DNA from: Mobula hypostoma
Taxonomy: Eukaryota
Length of the DNA stretch: 64,000 bases
Direction of reading: 5' to 3'
NCBI RefSeq assembly: GCF_963921235.1
Contig: NC_086097.1
Coordinates: forward strand, 46,130,001-46,194,000
Shown: positions 25,262 to 39,549 of the stretch, piece after piece
Numbering within the stretch: the stretch's first letter is position 1
How the letters are laid out: the number at the start of each line of letters is the position of its first letter
Program-made: the position numbers and the translations under genes
Notes under the pieces: model-generated
What the model was told of the DNA's origin: nothing
The model's database searches: none
Seen by the model: only the letters and a program-made list of their open reading frames with translations

Positions 25262-28118
25262 TCTACTGATGGTGTGTTGAAATCAGAAACAGGAAGGGAG
25301 TATTGTATAGAACACTCCCTCCCTCCAAATAGAGACGCCAAGGAACAGACTGGAAGGCAGATTTTGTAAAGGTGCAAAAATAACAGATTGTTATCATGGT
25401 GACTGGAAAGTAGATTTTGGAAAGATGCTTATGGGTGAATTCAGCTTCCCTAATATTGATTGGCACCACCTTAACGCAAAAGTTTTAGATGGAAATAATT
25501 TGTTGTGTGTGTGCAGGAAGGATTCCTAACACAACATGTAGCAGGCCCAACTAGAGAAGAGGCCACCCTTGATCTGGTGCTAGTTACAGATAGATCAAAT
25601 CACGTTACAGATCTCTGTGGGTGAGAATTTCAGAGACAGTAAGCACAACTCTTTGACCTTTAGTATAGCCTCAGAAAGGAATAGGATCAGGAAGAATGGG
25701 AAAGCATTTAATTAGAGAAGGAGGAGTTATGATACTATTAGGAAGGAACATCAGAGCATAAATTGGGAATGGATGTACTGGGGAGATGCACAATAGAAAT
25801 GCAGAGGTTGTTTACCTAGCATTTGCATGGTGTCCTGGAGAGGATTATTCCATTGAGACAGGAAAAGGATGGTAGCGTGGAGGAGCAATGGTCGACAAAA
25901 GGAAGAAAGAAGCTTACTTAAAAATTAGAATTAGAATTTTATTTCTTACATCCAATTCTCAACATGAGGGAGTAAAAATCTTTATGTTGTGTCTCCATTG
26001 CTATGTACAAGCAACAAGGAAGGGAAATGTGGAAGGATATTGCCCAAACACTAAGATTCTAAACATAATTGTTTTGTTTGCATGTATGTACACTCAGAAA
26101 TGCAATCAGGTCAATGTGTATTGATAAATCTGATGGCCTGGTGAAAGAAGTTGTCCCGTGCTCTGTTGGTTCTGGCCTTAATGCTGTGGTACCGTTTACC
26201 AGACGGAAGCAGCTGAGACAGTTTGTGTCTAGGATGGCTGGAGCCCCCAGTGATCCTCTTTATGCACCTGCCGCTGTAAATGTCCTGAACAGAGGAAAGT
26301 TCACATCCACAGATTCGCTGGGCTGTCTGTACCACCCTCTGCAATGCCCTGTGATTGAGGGTAGTACAGTTCCCATACCAGGCCATGACACAACTAGTCA
26401 GAATACTCTCAATAGTGCCCATGTAGAGAGTCCTGACAATTTGGGGACTCGTGCCAAAATATTTCAACCATCTGAGGTGAAAGAGGTGCTGCTGTGCTTT
26501 TTTCACCACACAGCCGGTATGTACAGTCCAGGTGAGATCCTCGGCGATGTGTAGACCGAGGAACTTGAAACTACTCACCCTCTCAACTACAGTCCCATTG
26601 ATGTCAATAGGGGCTAACCTGTCTCCATTCCTCCTGTAATCTACGATCAACTCCTACATTTTTTCAATATTGAGGAACAGGTTGTTTCTTGACACCACTG
26701 TGTCAGGGCGTTGACTTTTCAGTAGGCTGTCTCGTCATTGTTTAGGATCACACAGGGCTCTAGAAAGTTGCAAGGTAGCGAGGAAAGAGATTAAGAATGA
26801 ATTTAGGAGAGTTAGACGTGGGCATGAGATGGTATTGGAGAGTACGATTAAGGAAAGCCCCAAGGTGCTCTATGCATATATGAAGAGCCGGAGGATGACT
26901 AGAGTGAGGGTAGGACCAATTAGGGATAGAACAGGAAATGTGCCTGGTGTTGGAGGAGGTAGGGGAGGTTCTTAATGAGTACTTTGCTTTAGTGAGAGGG
27001 ACCTTGATGATTGTGGGAACTGAGTAAAATGGGCTGATATGCTAGAACATGTCAATGTTAAGAAAACAGATGTGCTGGAACTTTTGAAAAATGTTAGGTT
27101 AGATAAATCCCAAGAGCCAGATTGGATATACCCATGGTTACTTTGGGAAGCAAGGGACGAGATTGCTGCATCTTAGGTGATGATCTTTATGTCCTCATTG
27201 GCATTAAAAGTAGTATGAGATAAATAAACAGGGTGAATGTTATTCCTTTGTTCAAGAAAGGAGTAGGAATTATAGACTAGTGAGTTCTACTTCAGTGGTG
27301 TGTAAATTATTGGAGCAGATTCTTAGAGTCAGAACTTATGTGCATTTGGAGAAGCATAATCTGATTAAGAATAGTCATCTTAATCAGGTCATGCCTCACA
27401 AGTCTGACTGAATTCTTTGAGGATCTGACAAAACACATTAATGAAAGTAGAGCAGTGGGATGTGGTGTATATTAGTTTTAGTGAGGTGTTTGTTATGGTT
27501 CCCCATGGTAGGCTCATTCAGAAAGTTAGGAGGTAGAAGATCCAGGGAAACTTGGCTGTGTGGATTTAGAATTGGCTTGCCCACAGACGGCAGAGGGTGC
27601 TGGTAGATAGAACAGGTTCTGCCTGGATCAGTGATGTTCCACCAGACATCTACTCTGGAACCCTTCATGTTTGAGATTTTTATAAATACTTGGATGAGGA
27701 AGTGGAAGGGTGGGTTAGTAAGTTTGCAGATGGCATAAAGGTTGGTGATGGTGTTGTGGATAGTGTAGAAGTTTGTAATGAGTTACAACAGAACATTGAC
27801 AGGATGCAGAGCTGTGCTGTTAAGTGGCAGATAGAGTTCAACCTGGAAAAATTGTGAAGTGATTCATTTTGGAGGGTCGAATTTAACACCAGAATACGGA
27901 GTTAAAGGCATGATTCTAAGCAGTATGAAGGAACAGGGGGATCTTAGGGTCATGTCCATTGATCTTATAAAGTTGTGAAAGTTGATAGGGTTGTTAAGAA
28001 AGTGTATGGTGCGATGGCCTTCATTAGTTGAGCTTGAGAGCTGCAAGGTAAAATTCTGGTTAGATCACACTCGGAATATTGTGTTCAGTTCTGGTAACCT
28101 CATTATAAGAAGGATGTC
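25262..28118 (+). mobile_element. Degraded CR1 LINE interrupted by a Rex-Babar insertion
   Basis: EN and RT nucleotide similarity to 50410-53390, broken at ~25920-26745. Confidence 0.78.
25922..26745 (-). mobile_element. Rex-Babar-type LINE 3' fragment
   Basis: ORF 26111..26650: IVDYRR...VERVSSFKFLG...KKAQQHLFHL...LPSGKRY; (ttctaa)n tail. Confidence 0.82.
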
Positions 28119-28254
28119 CAATCACAAACAAGAGAAAATTTGCAATGCTGGAAATCCAAGCAACACTCACAAAATTCTGGAGGAATTTAGCAAGCCAGGT
28201 AGCATTTATGGAAAGGAGTAAACAGTCGACGTTTCAGGTCAAGATCCTTCCAGA

Positions 28255-30830
28255 AACTACCTAGAATTTCCCTACCGCATAGCCCTCTATTTTTCTAGGG
28301 CTCCATGAACCTATTTAAGAGCACCTTAAAAGACCCAGTGGTATCCACCTCCACTACCATTGCTGGCAATGCGGCACCCACCACTCTCTATGTGAAAAAC
28401 TTACCTCTGACACCCCGCCCCCCCGTACCTTCTTCCTACTTCTAATCACCTTAAAACTGTGCCCCTTTGTGTTAGCCATTTCAGCCCTGGGAAACAACCG
28501 CTGGCTATCCACACGATCAATGCCTCTAGTCATACAACTCTATCAGGTCACCTCTTATCCTCCATTGCTCCAAGGAGAAAAGGCCAAGTTCACTCAAACT
28601 ATTCTCATAAGGTACGTCCTCCAATCCAGGCAACATCCTTGTAACTCTCCTCTGCACTCTCTCTATAGTATCCACATCCTTCCTGTAGCAAGGTGACCAG
28701 AACTGGACATAGTACTCCAAGTGGGGTCTAATTAAGATCTTGTATAACTGTAACATTACCTCATGGCTCTTGAACTCAATCCCATGGTTGATGAATACTG
28801 ATACACCATATGCCTCCTTAACAAAACTGTCAACCTGTGCAGCAGCTTTGAGTGTCCTAGGGACACGGACCCCAAGATGTCTCTGATCCTCTACACTGCC
28901 AAGAGTCTATCATTTATATTATATTCTGCCTTTAAATTTGACCTTCCAAAATGAACCACTCCACACTTATCGGGTTGAACTTCATCTGCCACTTCTCAGC
29001 CCAGTTCTGCATCCTATCAATGTCCCACTGTAACCTCTGATACCCCTCCAGACTATCCCCAACACCCCCAAACTTTGTATCATCAGCAAACTAAATAACC
29101 TACCCTTCTTCATCCAGGTCACTTATAAAAATCACTAAGTGGAGGGGTCCTAGAACAGATCCCCTCGGAACACCACTGGTCACCGATCTCCATGCAGGAT
29201 ACGTATCATCTCCAACCACCATTTGCCTTCTGTGGGCAAGCCAACTCTGGATCCAGAAAGCAAGGTCTCCTTGGATCCCATGTCTCCTTATTTTCTGAAT
29301 GAGCCTTTCATGGGGAACCTTTTCAGATGTCTTACTGAAATCCATATACACTACATCTACTGCTCTACCTTCATCAATGTGTTTAGTCATATCCTCAAAA
29401 AATTCAGTCAGGCTCATAAGGGTCGACCTGCCCTTGACAAAGCCATGGTGACTTTATGTTTCTCCAAATGCTCGTAAATCCTGCCTCTCAGAATCTTCTC
29501 CAACAACTTGTCCACCACTGAAGTAAGACTCACTGGTCTATAATTTCCTAGGTTATCTCTACTCCCTTTCTTGAACAAGGGAATAATATTTGCAATCCTC
29601 CAATTCTCCAGTACTTCTCTTGCCCCTGTTGATGATGCAAAGATCTTCACCAGAGGCTCAGCAATCTCCTCCCTCACTTCCCACAGTAGCCTGGCGTATA
29701 TCTTGTCCGGTCCTGGCAACTTATAGACAATAGGTGCAGGAGTAGGCCATTCGGCCCTTCGAGCCAGCACCGCCATTCACCGTGATCATGGCTGATCATC
29801 CACAATCAGTATCCAGTTCCTGCCTTATCCGCATAACCTTTGATTCAGCTATCTTTAAGAGCTCTATCCATCTCTTTCTTGAAAGAAACTTGGCCTCCAC
29901 AGCCTTATGTAACTTAATGCTTTTCAAAAGCTCCAGCACATCCTCTTTCTTAATGTCTATACGCTCAAGCGTTTCAGTCCAGTGTAAGTCATCCCCACAA
30001 TTACCAAGGTCCTTTTCCTTGATGAATACTGAAGCAAAGTATTCATTAAGTACCTAGCTCCTCCAACTCCATGCATATGTTTCCACTACTGCACCTGATT
30101 GGTCCTATTCTCGCACGGCTCATCCACTTGCTCTTCACATACTTGTAGAATGCCTTGACCCTGCTCACCAAGGTCCTCTCATGGCCTCTTCTGGCTCTCC
30201 TAATTTCATTCTTAAGCTCCCTCCTATCAACCCTGTAATTTCTTAGAGCTCTGTCAGTACCTAGTTTCTTGAAACTTTTGTAAGATTTTCTTTTCTTCTC
30301 AACTGGATTTTCTACATCCTTTGTACACAATCCTTTCCCTGGCTCAATGGAACATACCTATGCAGAATGCCATGCAAATGCTCCCTGAACATTTGCCACA
30401 TTTCTGCTGTGCATTTCCTTGAGAACATCTACTCCCAATTTATGCTCCCATGTTCCTGCCTAATGGTATAATATTTCCCCCTACCCCAGTTAAATGTTTT
30501 CCCAAAATGTCTGCTCCTATCCCTCTCCAGCGCTATGGTAAAGGAGATAGAGTTGTGATCACTACCTCCAAAATGTTCTCCCAGCAAGGGATTTGACACC
30601 TGTCCAGGTTCATTTCCCAATGCCAGATCAAGTATAGCCTCTCCTCTGGTTGGCTTATCTACATATTGCATCAGGAAACCTTCCTTAAAACACCTAACAA
30701 ACTCCACCCAACCAAACCCCTTGCTCTAAGTCAATATTAGGAAAGTTAAAATCATGTATCACAACAACCATATTATTATTGCACCATTCCAGAATCTGCT
30801 CCCCTATCTGCTCCTCAATGCCTCTGTTAA
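28255..30830 (-). mobile_element. Degraded CR1 LINE ORF2 with a nested CR1 tail at ~29723-29905
   Basis: ORF fragments GDFNFPNID-like, SDHNSI, PLFKKGSRDNLGNYRPVSLTS, GVPRGSVLGP, RPHLEYYVQFWSP. Confidence 0.87.
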
Positions 30831-30844
30831 TGGTATTTTCTTTG

Positions 30845-33800
30845 TGTGAGTTGTGGGAACTCTGGAAGATCTCAAGTTTCCCAGAGTCTGCATGAAGTGC
30901 ATTGAAGTGCAGCTCCTTAGAGACCATGTTAAGGAACTGGGTGAACCTTCAGCTCATAAAGGAGAATGTGTAGATGGTAGACAGGAGCTATAGGGAGGTA
31001 ACTACCCTTAAGTTGCAGGAGGCAGGTACCAGGGAGACAGAGAGGATTAGGCAGCTAGTGCCGTGAGCATTCAGCATTCTCCTCAGTAAGAATACACTTT
31101 GGATACTGTTGGGGGGGGGGCTGTTTGTGGGGGGAAAATCTTCCAGGGGAAATCACGGAGACTGGGTCTCAGGCACTGAGTCTGACTGTGGCTCAGAAAT
31201 GAAGACGGGGAATGTGGAGGAATGCAGTAGTGATACTTATCCGTAGTTAGAGAAGCAGATAGGAAATTCTGTGGATGTGAAAAAGAAACCCAGTTGGTAT
31301 TTTATTTCCCAGGTGCTAGGATCAGGGATGCCTCAATCGGTTCCACAGCATTCTAGAGGCAGGTAAGTATAGCCAGAAGTCGTGGTACATATTGGTACCA
31401 AAGACGTAGGTACGAAAAGGGAGAAAGTACGGACAAGAGAATTCTAGGGAGTTGGGTAGAACACTGAAAGGAAGGACTTCCAGGGTAGTAGTAATCTCTG
31501 GGTTGCTGCCTGTGCAACATGCCAGCGAGGGTAAGAATAGGATGATTTTGCAGATGAATGTGTGGCTGAGGAGTTGGTGCAGTAGGCAGGGTTTCAGATT
31601 TCTGGATCATCGAGATCTCTTCGTTGGGAAGGTACGACCAGGACAGAAAGGACAAATTACACCTGAACTTAAGGGGGACCAACATGCTTGCGGGCAGGCC
31701 TACCAGCTATTGGGGAGGGAGTCAGAATGGTAGGGCTAAGGATACAAGTAGATGAAGTAAGCAGTGAGACTGTGAGAAAGGACAGGCAGATGATCAGGCA
31801 AAATTGCAGTCAGTGGGATGAACTGAAGTGTAACATGAGGGCAAAATCAAAAAGGGTGATGAACACAGGACTGAAGGTGTTATATTTGAATGCATGCAAG
31901 CATACAGAATGAGGTAGAGAATTTGATAGTGAAGTTAGAGATCAGCAGGTACAATGTTGTGGGCATCATTGAGTTGTGGCTGAAAGAAGATCATAATTGG
32001 GAGCTTAACATCCAAACCTACACATTCTATCAAAATGACAGGCAGGCAGGCAGAGGGGAAGGGGTGACTCTTTTGGTACAAAGAAATGGAATCAAATCCT
32101 TTGAAAGAGGTGACATAGGATCAAAAGATGTAGAATTCCTGTTGGTGGAGTTTAGAAACTGCAAGTGTAAAAAGGTCCTGATGGGAATTATATACAGGTG
32201 TAATGGATCCAGTAGCCTGGATTTGGGATAAAAATTACAGCGGGAGACATGGAAAAAGGGCAATGTTACGATAGTCATGCAGGATTTCAATATGCAGGTA
32301 GATTGGGAAAATCAAGTTGGTGCTGGATCACAAGAGAGCAAACTTGTAGAGTATCTATGAGATGGCTTTTTAGAGCAGCTTGTGGTTGAGCCCACTAAGG
32401 CATCCGTTAGTCTTGCAAGACCATGGATCTGCGCCTGGAAAGTCTTCACTCTCCAGGGCGCAGGCCTGGGCAAGGTTGTATGGAAGACCAGCAGTTGCCC
32501 ATGCTGCAAGTCTCCCCTTTCCACGACACCAGTGTTGACCAAGGGAAGGGCATTAGGACCCATACAGCTTGGCACCAGTGTCATCGCAGGGCAATATGTG
32601 ATTAAGTGCCTTGCTCACTAAGAGCCCTTAGTGAGCCCATTAAGAGAAAGTCAATTTTGGGTTGGTTGTGTAATGAACCAGATTTGATTAGAGAGCTTAA
32701 GATAAAAGAACCCTTAGGAGGCTGTGATAATAGATGATAGAATTTACCCTGTAGTTTGAAAGGGAGAAGATAAAGTCAGATATATCCATGTTCCAGTGGA
32801 GTAAAGGGAATTACAGAGGCATGAGACAGGAGATGTGCAAAGTTGATTGGAAGGGGACACTAGCAAGGATGATGGCATAACAGCTGATGGCTGGAGTTTC
32901 AAGAGGCAATTCAGAACGTGCAGGATAGATACATCCCAAAGATGAAGATGAGACAACTGTGGATAACAAGGGAAGTCAAAGACAGCATAACAGGAAAAGG
33001 GAGGGCATATAATATGGTAAAAATCAGTGGGAAATTAGAGGACTAGGAAGCTTTTAAAAACCAACAGAAGGCAACTAAAAAGCCTTAAGGAGAGAAAATA
33101 TGAAATATGAAGATATAGTCAATAATATAAAATAGGATAAAAAAATTTTTGCAGATACGGTATATTAAGAATAAAAGAGGGGTGAGAGTAGTGGGCTGGG
33201 GATATCGAATCGGCCTGCTGGGCAGCAGGGAAGCCAGTTTGAGTTCGGAGGAGCTGACCTGGTTGGAGACCATGCTGCTGCCTGCTATTCAAAGGTGCCA
33301 GAGTTGGCTCAAAGGCGACGTGCAGTGAAACTGTGAGTGACTCTCTTGGAAGTTTCTTTTGCGATTGCAAAACCTGTTGGACATAGATTGCTGCAGGCCT
33401 GCTTCCCTTGTTTGGTGGGGGTTAGATGGTGAGAAAACAGTGCTGCTGCAGTTGTAATTAGAACTAGGCCTCAGTCCTCAGGCTTGCACTGCAGAGTGGC
33501 GTCCATGCTCGGTTGGGTGTGGCCTCTCCTGTCAGTGCTGCCCTCCAGTGACAGCTTGGTGGAATTACAGGCTGGACTGCTAGGAACCATTGATTTGCAG
33601 GACTTGGAACTTGGTCTAAAATTTGTTTTCTTACGTAACTTTTCTTTCTCATTAATTTGAATGTGGGGGTATGTTTTTGCACCTTGGCCCCTGTGGAATG
33701 CCGTCTTATTCGGCTGTATTGACGTATGGTTTGAATAACAATTAACTTGATTTGATTTTATATCAATCCACTGGAAAATGGCACTAAAGAAGTAGGAACA

Positions 33801-34465
33801 GAGGACAAAGAAATGGTGGATGAATTTAACATCCACTTTGTGTCTGCCTTCACTGTGGAAGACACTAGCAGTATGCCAGAAACAACAAGAGTGTCAGCGT
33901 GCAGAAGTGAGTGTAGTTGCTATTACTAAAGAAGAGGTGCTTGGGAAGCTGAAAAGTCTGAAGATAGATAAGTCACCTGGACCAAATGGACTACACCCCA
34001 GAGTTCTGAAAGAGGTGGCTGAAGAGACAGTGGAGGCATTAGTAATGATCTTTCAAGAATTATTAGATCGTGGAATAGTTCTGAAGTACTGGAAAATTGC
34101 AAATGTCACTCCACTATTTATGGAGGGAGGGAGGCAAAAAGAAAAGGAATAATCAGCCACTTAGCCTGACCTCAGTGGTTGGGAAGATTGGAGTCCATTA
34201 TTCACGATAAAGTTTTGGGGTACTTGGAGGCACTTGATAAAATAAGCCAAAGTCTGCAAGGTTTCCTTCAGGGGAAATCTTGCCTGACAAATTTATTGGA
34301 GTTTTTCGAGGAAGTAACCAGCAGGATAGACAAAGGAGAGTCAGTGGATGTTATTTACTTGGGTTTGCAGAAGGCATTTGACAAGGTGCAGCACGTGAGG
34401 CTGCTTTATGAGATAAGAGCCCATGGTATTCCAGGAAAGATACTAGCATGGATAGAAGACTGACT
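30845..34465 (+). mobile_element. Degraded CR1 LINE (ORF1, EN, start of RT) with two nested insertions
   Basis: ORF1 RVVISGLLPV...WCSRQGFRFLDH; LKVLYLNA; KSPGPNG; KSCLTNLLEFFE. Insertions at ~32400-32630 and ~33200-33760. Confidence 0.85.
32400..32630 (-). mobile_element. 5'-truncated SINE inserted in CR1
   Basis: Minus strand begins tgagcaaggcacttaa (V-SINE-like core, from memory). Flanked by a near-identical 13-bp TSD tgagcccactaag / tgagcccattaag. Confidence 0.6.
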
Positions 34466-36619
34466 AGCTGACTGAAGGGTATGTGGGATTCTCTGCCAGG
34501 ACTGATGGTGGACTCAGATACATTAGGGGCATTTAACAGACTCTTAAATAGGCACATAAATAACAGAACAATGCAGGGCTATGCAAGGAGGGTTAGAGTA
34601 GGTTGAATAAGTAGAATTTATCTTTAGAGTAGGCTAAAATGTCAGTACAATATCGTGGGCAGAAAGGGTCTGTACTGTGCTGTAATGCCTGTATATCTTA
34701 TTTAGAACTTTCTGGAATCAGATGGTTTGGTGCAGTACTTCAGAGGTTGTATTTCAGTCTGACAATACAATACAAAAATATTCAACAGAAGTGAACTAAA
34801 GTACTAATTTAAGTGGCTTATTTGAGTATATTTTAAATTGAATATAGAACTGTGGGAATACAGGTCCATAATTCTTTGAAAATTTACAAGGATGTTGATG
34901 GGTTTGGAGGACCTGAGTTATATGTAAAGATTGAATAGGTTAGGACTTTATTCCTTGGATCGTAGAAAATTGAGAGATCTGATAGAGGTATACAAACTGA
35001 TGAGGGTTCTAAGTAAGGTAAATGAAAGCAGGCTTTTTCCACTGAGGTTGGATAAGACTACAGCCAGAGGTCATGGATTAATGGTGTAAGATGGAAAGTT
35101 TAAAAGGAACGTGTGTCGTGGGAGTGTGGAAGGAGCTGCCAACACAAGTGGTGCATGCCAGCTCAATTTCAATGTTTAAGAGAAGTTTATATAGGTACAT
35201 GGATAGTAGGGATATGGAGGGCTGTATTCCCAGTGCAACTCAGTGGAAGTAGGTGGTATAAATGGTTTGGCATGAACTTGATGGGCCAAAGGGCCTGTTT
35301 CTGCACTGTACTTTTTTATGACTTTATCTCACTATCTTTTTATTTCTGGAAGACTTTGAGGGGCCAATAGTAGTTTAGCAGCAACAATCAAGCTATTCAC
35401 TAGCTAAGTTTTCTTATTTTATGTTATTGTAAAAACGTGTTGTTCTGATAATGTAACTTTCAAGGGAATTGGATAAATTGCAAGATTGCATTTTAGGATA
35501 TTTCAATCTACATTTTGACCCTCTTACCATCTCTGACAAGTGGTGCTTGGCCAGCTGCCATTATTACGCTCCTCTTCCCTGTGGGTGATATTTGGTTCTT
35601 AGTATTTTCCTGATAGAATTGCTTTCCTTCCTTTCACCTGAAGCAAGCACAGACTGTGTTGAAGGCCAATGATGGACCTGGGGGTGGAAGTGAAGGATTC
35701 ACCTCAAGATAAATTGGAGAGAAGATTATTATGCTTCAATAGATCAGAGACACTTAAGTAAAATGCAAATCTGCCATTGTGATTACCTTTGTTAATAGCA
35801 GTGGGATTAAACAGCTTGTGCCTCCCACATGAATCCAGAAGTGATACACACAGCTTGTAGGAGAAAGAAGCCTGTTAGTGTCTATAGGCTATTGCACATC
35901 CTGCAATGACAAGGTGTAGGGGCAGCAACATTTCTATTTTAAGTACCAGCCATCCTTTCAGTACCAAAAACAAATGCTGGAAGAAACAGCAGCATCTGTG
36001 TGTTAATAGTTTGTGTCTGTAACACTACCTTAGAACTGAGGGAAAATGGAGGGTGTAGAGTTTGAAGCTGAGCTGGGTGAAGGAGATGGAGAAAAGACTA
36101 AATGGAAATGCATTCAGATCAGATGATAAGGAGCACGTCTAGAATGGAGAAAGGAGCCTGGGAATTAAAGTGGCAGCAAATGCAGAATCAGCCCGGAACA
36201 CACAGCAGTGGTGCTCTGTAAAGTGAGCATCTAATCTGCATTTGATTTCTCCAGTGTTGAAGAAGTCAAATTGTGATCACTGAATGCAGTAAAGTAGTTA
36301 AATTAAATACTGCTTCATTGTTTTGACCCATGGATTGCTGGAAGGGAAGAGGTAAAGGGACATTTGTATAGGTCTTCGGGCTGAAGTGCTGCGAGAAGGG
36401 GAGGGAAGAGCAGACCAGGGCAGCAGCGAGTGCAGTCCCTGTAAAACCCAAAGTGGGTAGGAGGTGATGTGATGTAGTGGGATTGTACTGGATATTCCAT
36501 CCTTTGTATTCACCTTATCATCCTTCACAATTTCAAACATGATTCCACCAGAAGCCACATCTTCCCTTCTCCCTCACCAACCCCCACGCCATAGTTATTT
36601 GTTCACAGGCCAGTAAGCA

Positions 36620-37983
36620 GTTTGGTACCTTCCTTTTATGCTTTATTGACAGTTCAATTTTCAGTACTTTATCAAAGCACAATTCCATAATTACAAAGAG
36701 TGGTTAGCTGATTTTAAGACTACCCACTTTCACAAATTAACAAAATAAATCAAACTGTTTCACCAGTAGTGTTAGGCTCCACAGTGAGCCCTTTTAAGAA
36801 AATGAGAAATAACTAGTTTGATTAGTGGCTTAATGTGGCACATCACAATTATTATCCACTCTGACAGGAATCTGGTCGACTAAAACATGCAATCTCTTTA
36901 CAGTGACTTTGAGTAGGGAAATCATACTGCATCTGTATGAACAGTAAATTGTCAAATACAGCACAGAAGGCACACAGGTGTGATGATAAAACAGATATAC
37001 TGGCTGTAGTATACAAGCCTTTAATGCAATTTGGACAAAATTTTGAGTATCAATGTTTATCATACACTGAACATGAGTTATATACACTGACATACGCACA
37101 CTAACTCCAGTCAGCAGGTGCATATCAAAATGTACAAGACAACCATGAAGTTTGTTTTTACAATAATATAACAATACAATACTTTTGTAGGAATGTATAT
37201 TCATGCAATGACTTTCAGAAATGGATCAAATTAATGTGGCTTCCTTATATCCCAGAGACCACTAATTCTTGAAACATCTATACTACCTCAATCAGCAAAA
37301 GAACAATCACACTTTTTAATGTCTTTTACAATAATTGTATATTTTAAGATGCAGCAGGTCCATGTCTGGCATTTCCCAACATTAATGTTTCTGCATTGGG
37401 CACATAATTTATAGACAGATGTGGCCTTTCACTACAATGCTAGCACAAAGATAGTACATCTACTTTAAAAACAGTAATACAAAATGCAACTAAAATTCTT
37501 ATTCACAGTATTATTTACTGGTGTCATGTATACCCTGAAGAAAACTTTTTTCTTTTATATTTATAAACTAAGATGCACAAATAAGGACAATTTTTTTTAA
37601 CCATTTACCAACTATTAGAAATTTGGAAGGAATGTGTGATGTAAAAGAATGTGTAAGCCTCACAATTCCAAATTTATTTGGCTGTTAAAAGTTTGCAATT
37701 TATCAACACTACACAAAACCATAATCACCAACGCATATGAATGATACAGTCATTTTAACAGGCTGACAGTCAAAATAAGCTGGAATTGTTCATAAAGGAG
37801 CATGAATACATAATTTAATGTGCAATCAGCAAGAATTAAAAGAAGAAATTATTCTTCATTCTTGGCACTTCTTTGTAGCAATTCAACAAAAAAATTCATG
37901 TTTCTAGATTCAATAAAAATGGAAAATCCTATTGGTTTGTGGCTTATATGATAACCAAGATAAAGAGTTACTGAAGTCTATCA
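36620..37983 (-). other. CDC42BPB: Probable CDC42BPB 3' UTR with AATAAA at 36647-36642
   Basis: About 1.35 kb of AT-rich, apparently repeat-free sequence after the stop codon, ending at a minus-strand AATAAA just before repeat-derived DNA resumes. Confidence 0.55.
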
Positions 37984-38112
37984 TCATGCATCACAGGTAG
38001 AGTGGTCCAAACCATCCAGTGTAACTTGGTTCCTGTGAGGAGAGTTTGGGCTCGGTGGACTACTTGGATTTGAGCTGTTTGAAGGTGTTGAATGCCTTGT
38101 TGAATCAGAGTC
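37984..38112 (-). CDS. CDC42BPB: MRCK-beta last coding exon
   Basis: Reads [42 protein letters not shown]. This C-terminus is characteristic of MRCK-beta rather than MRCK-alpha. Confidence 0.94.
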   Translation of the reverse strand, partial: DSDSTRHSTPSNSSNPSSPPSPNSPHRNQVTLDGLDHSTCDA

Positions 38113-38239
38113 CTCAAGAGAAATAAAAGGTATGCACATCAGTTTATGTTGCACTTATCTTCAAGAAAGCATAATGGTGAAGTATTTTAATTAAAAAGGT
38201 AAGTGAACTGCAATTGGGAAATTACATGCAAATACTTAC

Positions 38240-38301
38240 TTCTCTCTCAAAATCTTGGTCAGGATCAGAAATATTACGTGATGTCATAACAGCCTCCCCA
38301 C
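38240..38301 (-). CDS. CDC42BPB: MRCK-beta penultimate exon
   Basis: 62 nt, gtaagt donor. Reads (G)GEAVMTSRNISDPDQDFERE; compare human RSMSDPDQDFDKE. Confidence 0.92.
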
Positions 38302-39549
38302 CTAAGTATAAGAAATAAGTACGTCAAAAGAAAGTAACTTGCTATTTAATGAGTACCATAACTATTTATAGATACCATATAAAGTTCAGGCCTGATAATC
38401 AGGAAGCCGTGAAGAATATCCAAAAGTAATGTAATAAAAGATGACCAGCGCAGGAATCAACTTCCAATTGTTGCTGAAATGGTATCTTGAACTGGCAGAA
38501 AATTATATGATTTGATCTATTCAGAGATCAAAAAATATTAATTCAAACTAAAGTCAGTGAGTTCTGAGCAAAAGACAAGGGTGTCTATCAGTAAGAAAGC
38601 AAAGGATCATCCATGTGAAAGGGACTGCTCTTGACACCAGTGGGAATCACACCAAAGAGGAGAGTCATACCTTGCACATAATATGACAACGTAAGTTAGT
38701 TAGTGGAAGTCAATTATCTCCGCTCCAGGAAATCATTTCAGGCATTTGCATCTTTCATAGCTGCATCAATGACCCTCCTTCCATTAGTTCAGAAAAGGCC
38801 CACTGATGATTGCACATCCAGTTATTCAGCAAATGGAGAAGTCCCTGCCTAGCTGACATGCGTACATGCAGGGGCTAATAAGTGGGAGTAACATGAACTT
38901 AAATGTCACTGTCCTGGATATTTAATACTTTTACCATCAGTGTTCAATTATCAATATCCTGGGTGAAATCACTGACCAGAAAATCAACTGAAACCATCCC
39001 ACCCTTGGCCTGTTACCAGAACAGGCAAAGGTTGGGATCCCAAAGGATCTCCATGGCCCATAAGGGAATGCCTGCCACTTGCCTGGATAAGCGCAACTAG
39101 AGTAGTACTGAAGCAATTCAACCCTATCAGAACAAATCACCATCGCTTCCACCAAAAGCACAAAGTGAAATCATATGCACTGTAGTTACCGAGAGTACTC
39201 CAATACACCTTGTAAACTATCAAACTCTACCACTAACAAAGGCAAAGCAGGTACTTAGAAACATCATTTGTAGACTCCCATCCAAAATGTGTATCATGCT
39301 GACTTGAAAATACATCACCATTCCATCAATGCCCATAGTTCTAGATTCTGGAACCAACAGCACTTTCACTCCAGCCGTTCAAGATAGACAGCTGACCTTG
39401 TTAAGATGCCCTCAGCAAAAAAAATTTAAAAAATGCAGGTGCAGGTCATCTGGATCAAAATCAGAAAATGGTGGATAAACTCAGCAGGTCACGCCGCATC
39501 AGTATAAAATGAAATAGCAACTTAGGTCTGAGACCCTTCCGAGTTAGTC

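Noticed and set aside
35640..35760. Possible + strand exon downstream of the ATG|gtaagt at 22440
   Set aside because: Frames are short, splice sites are weak and no homology is recognisable.
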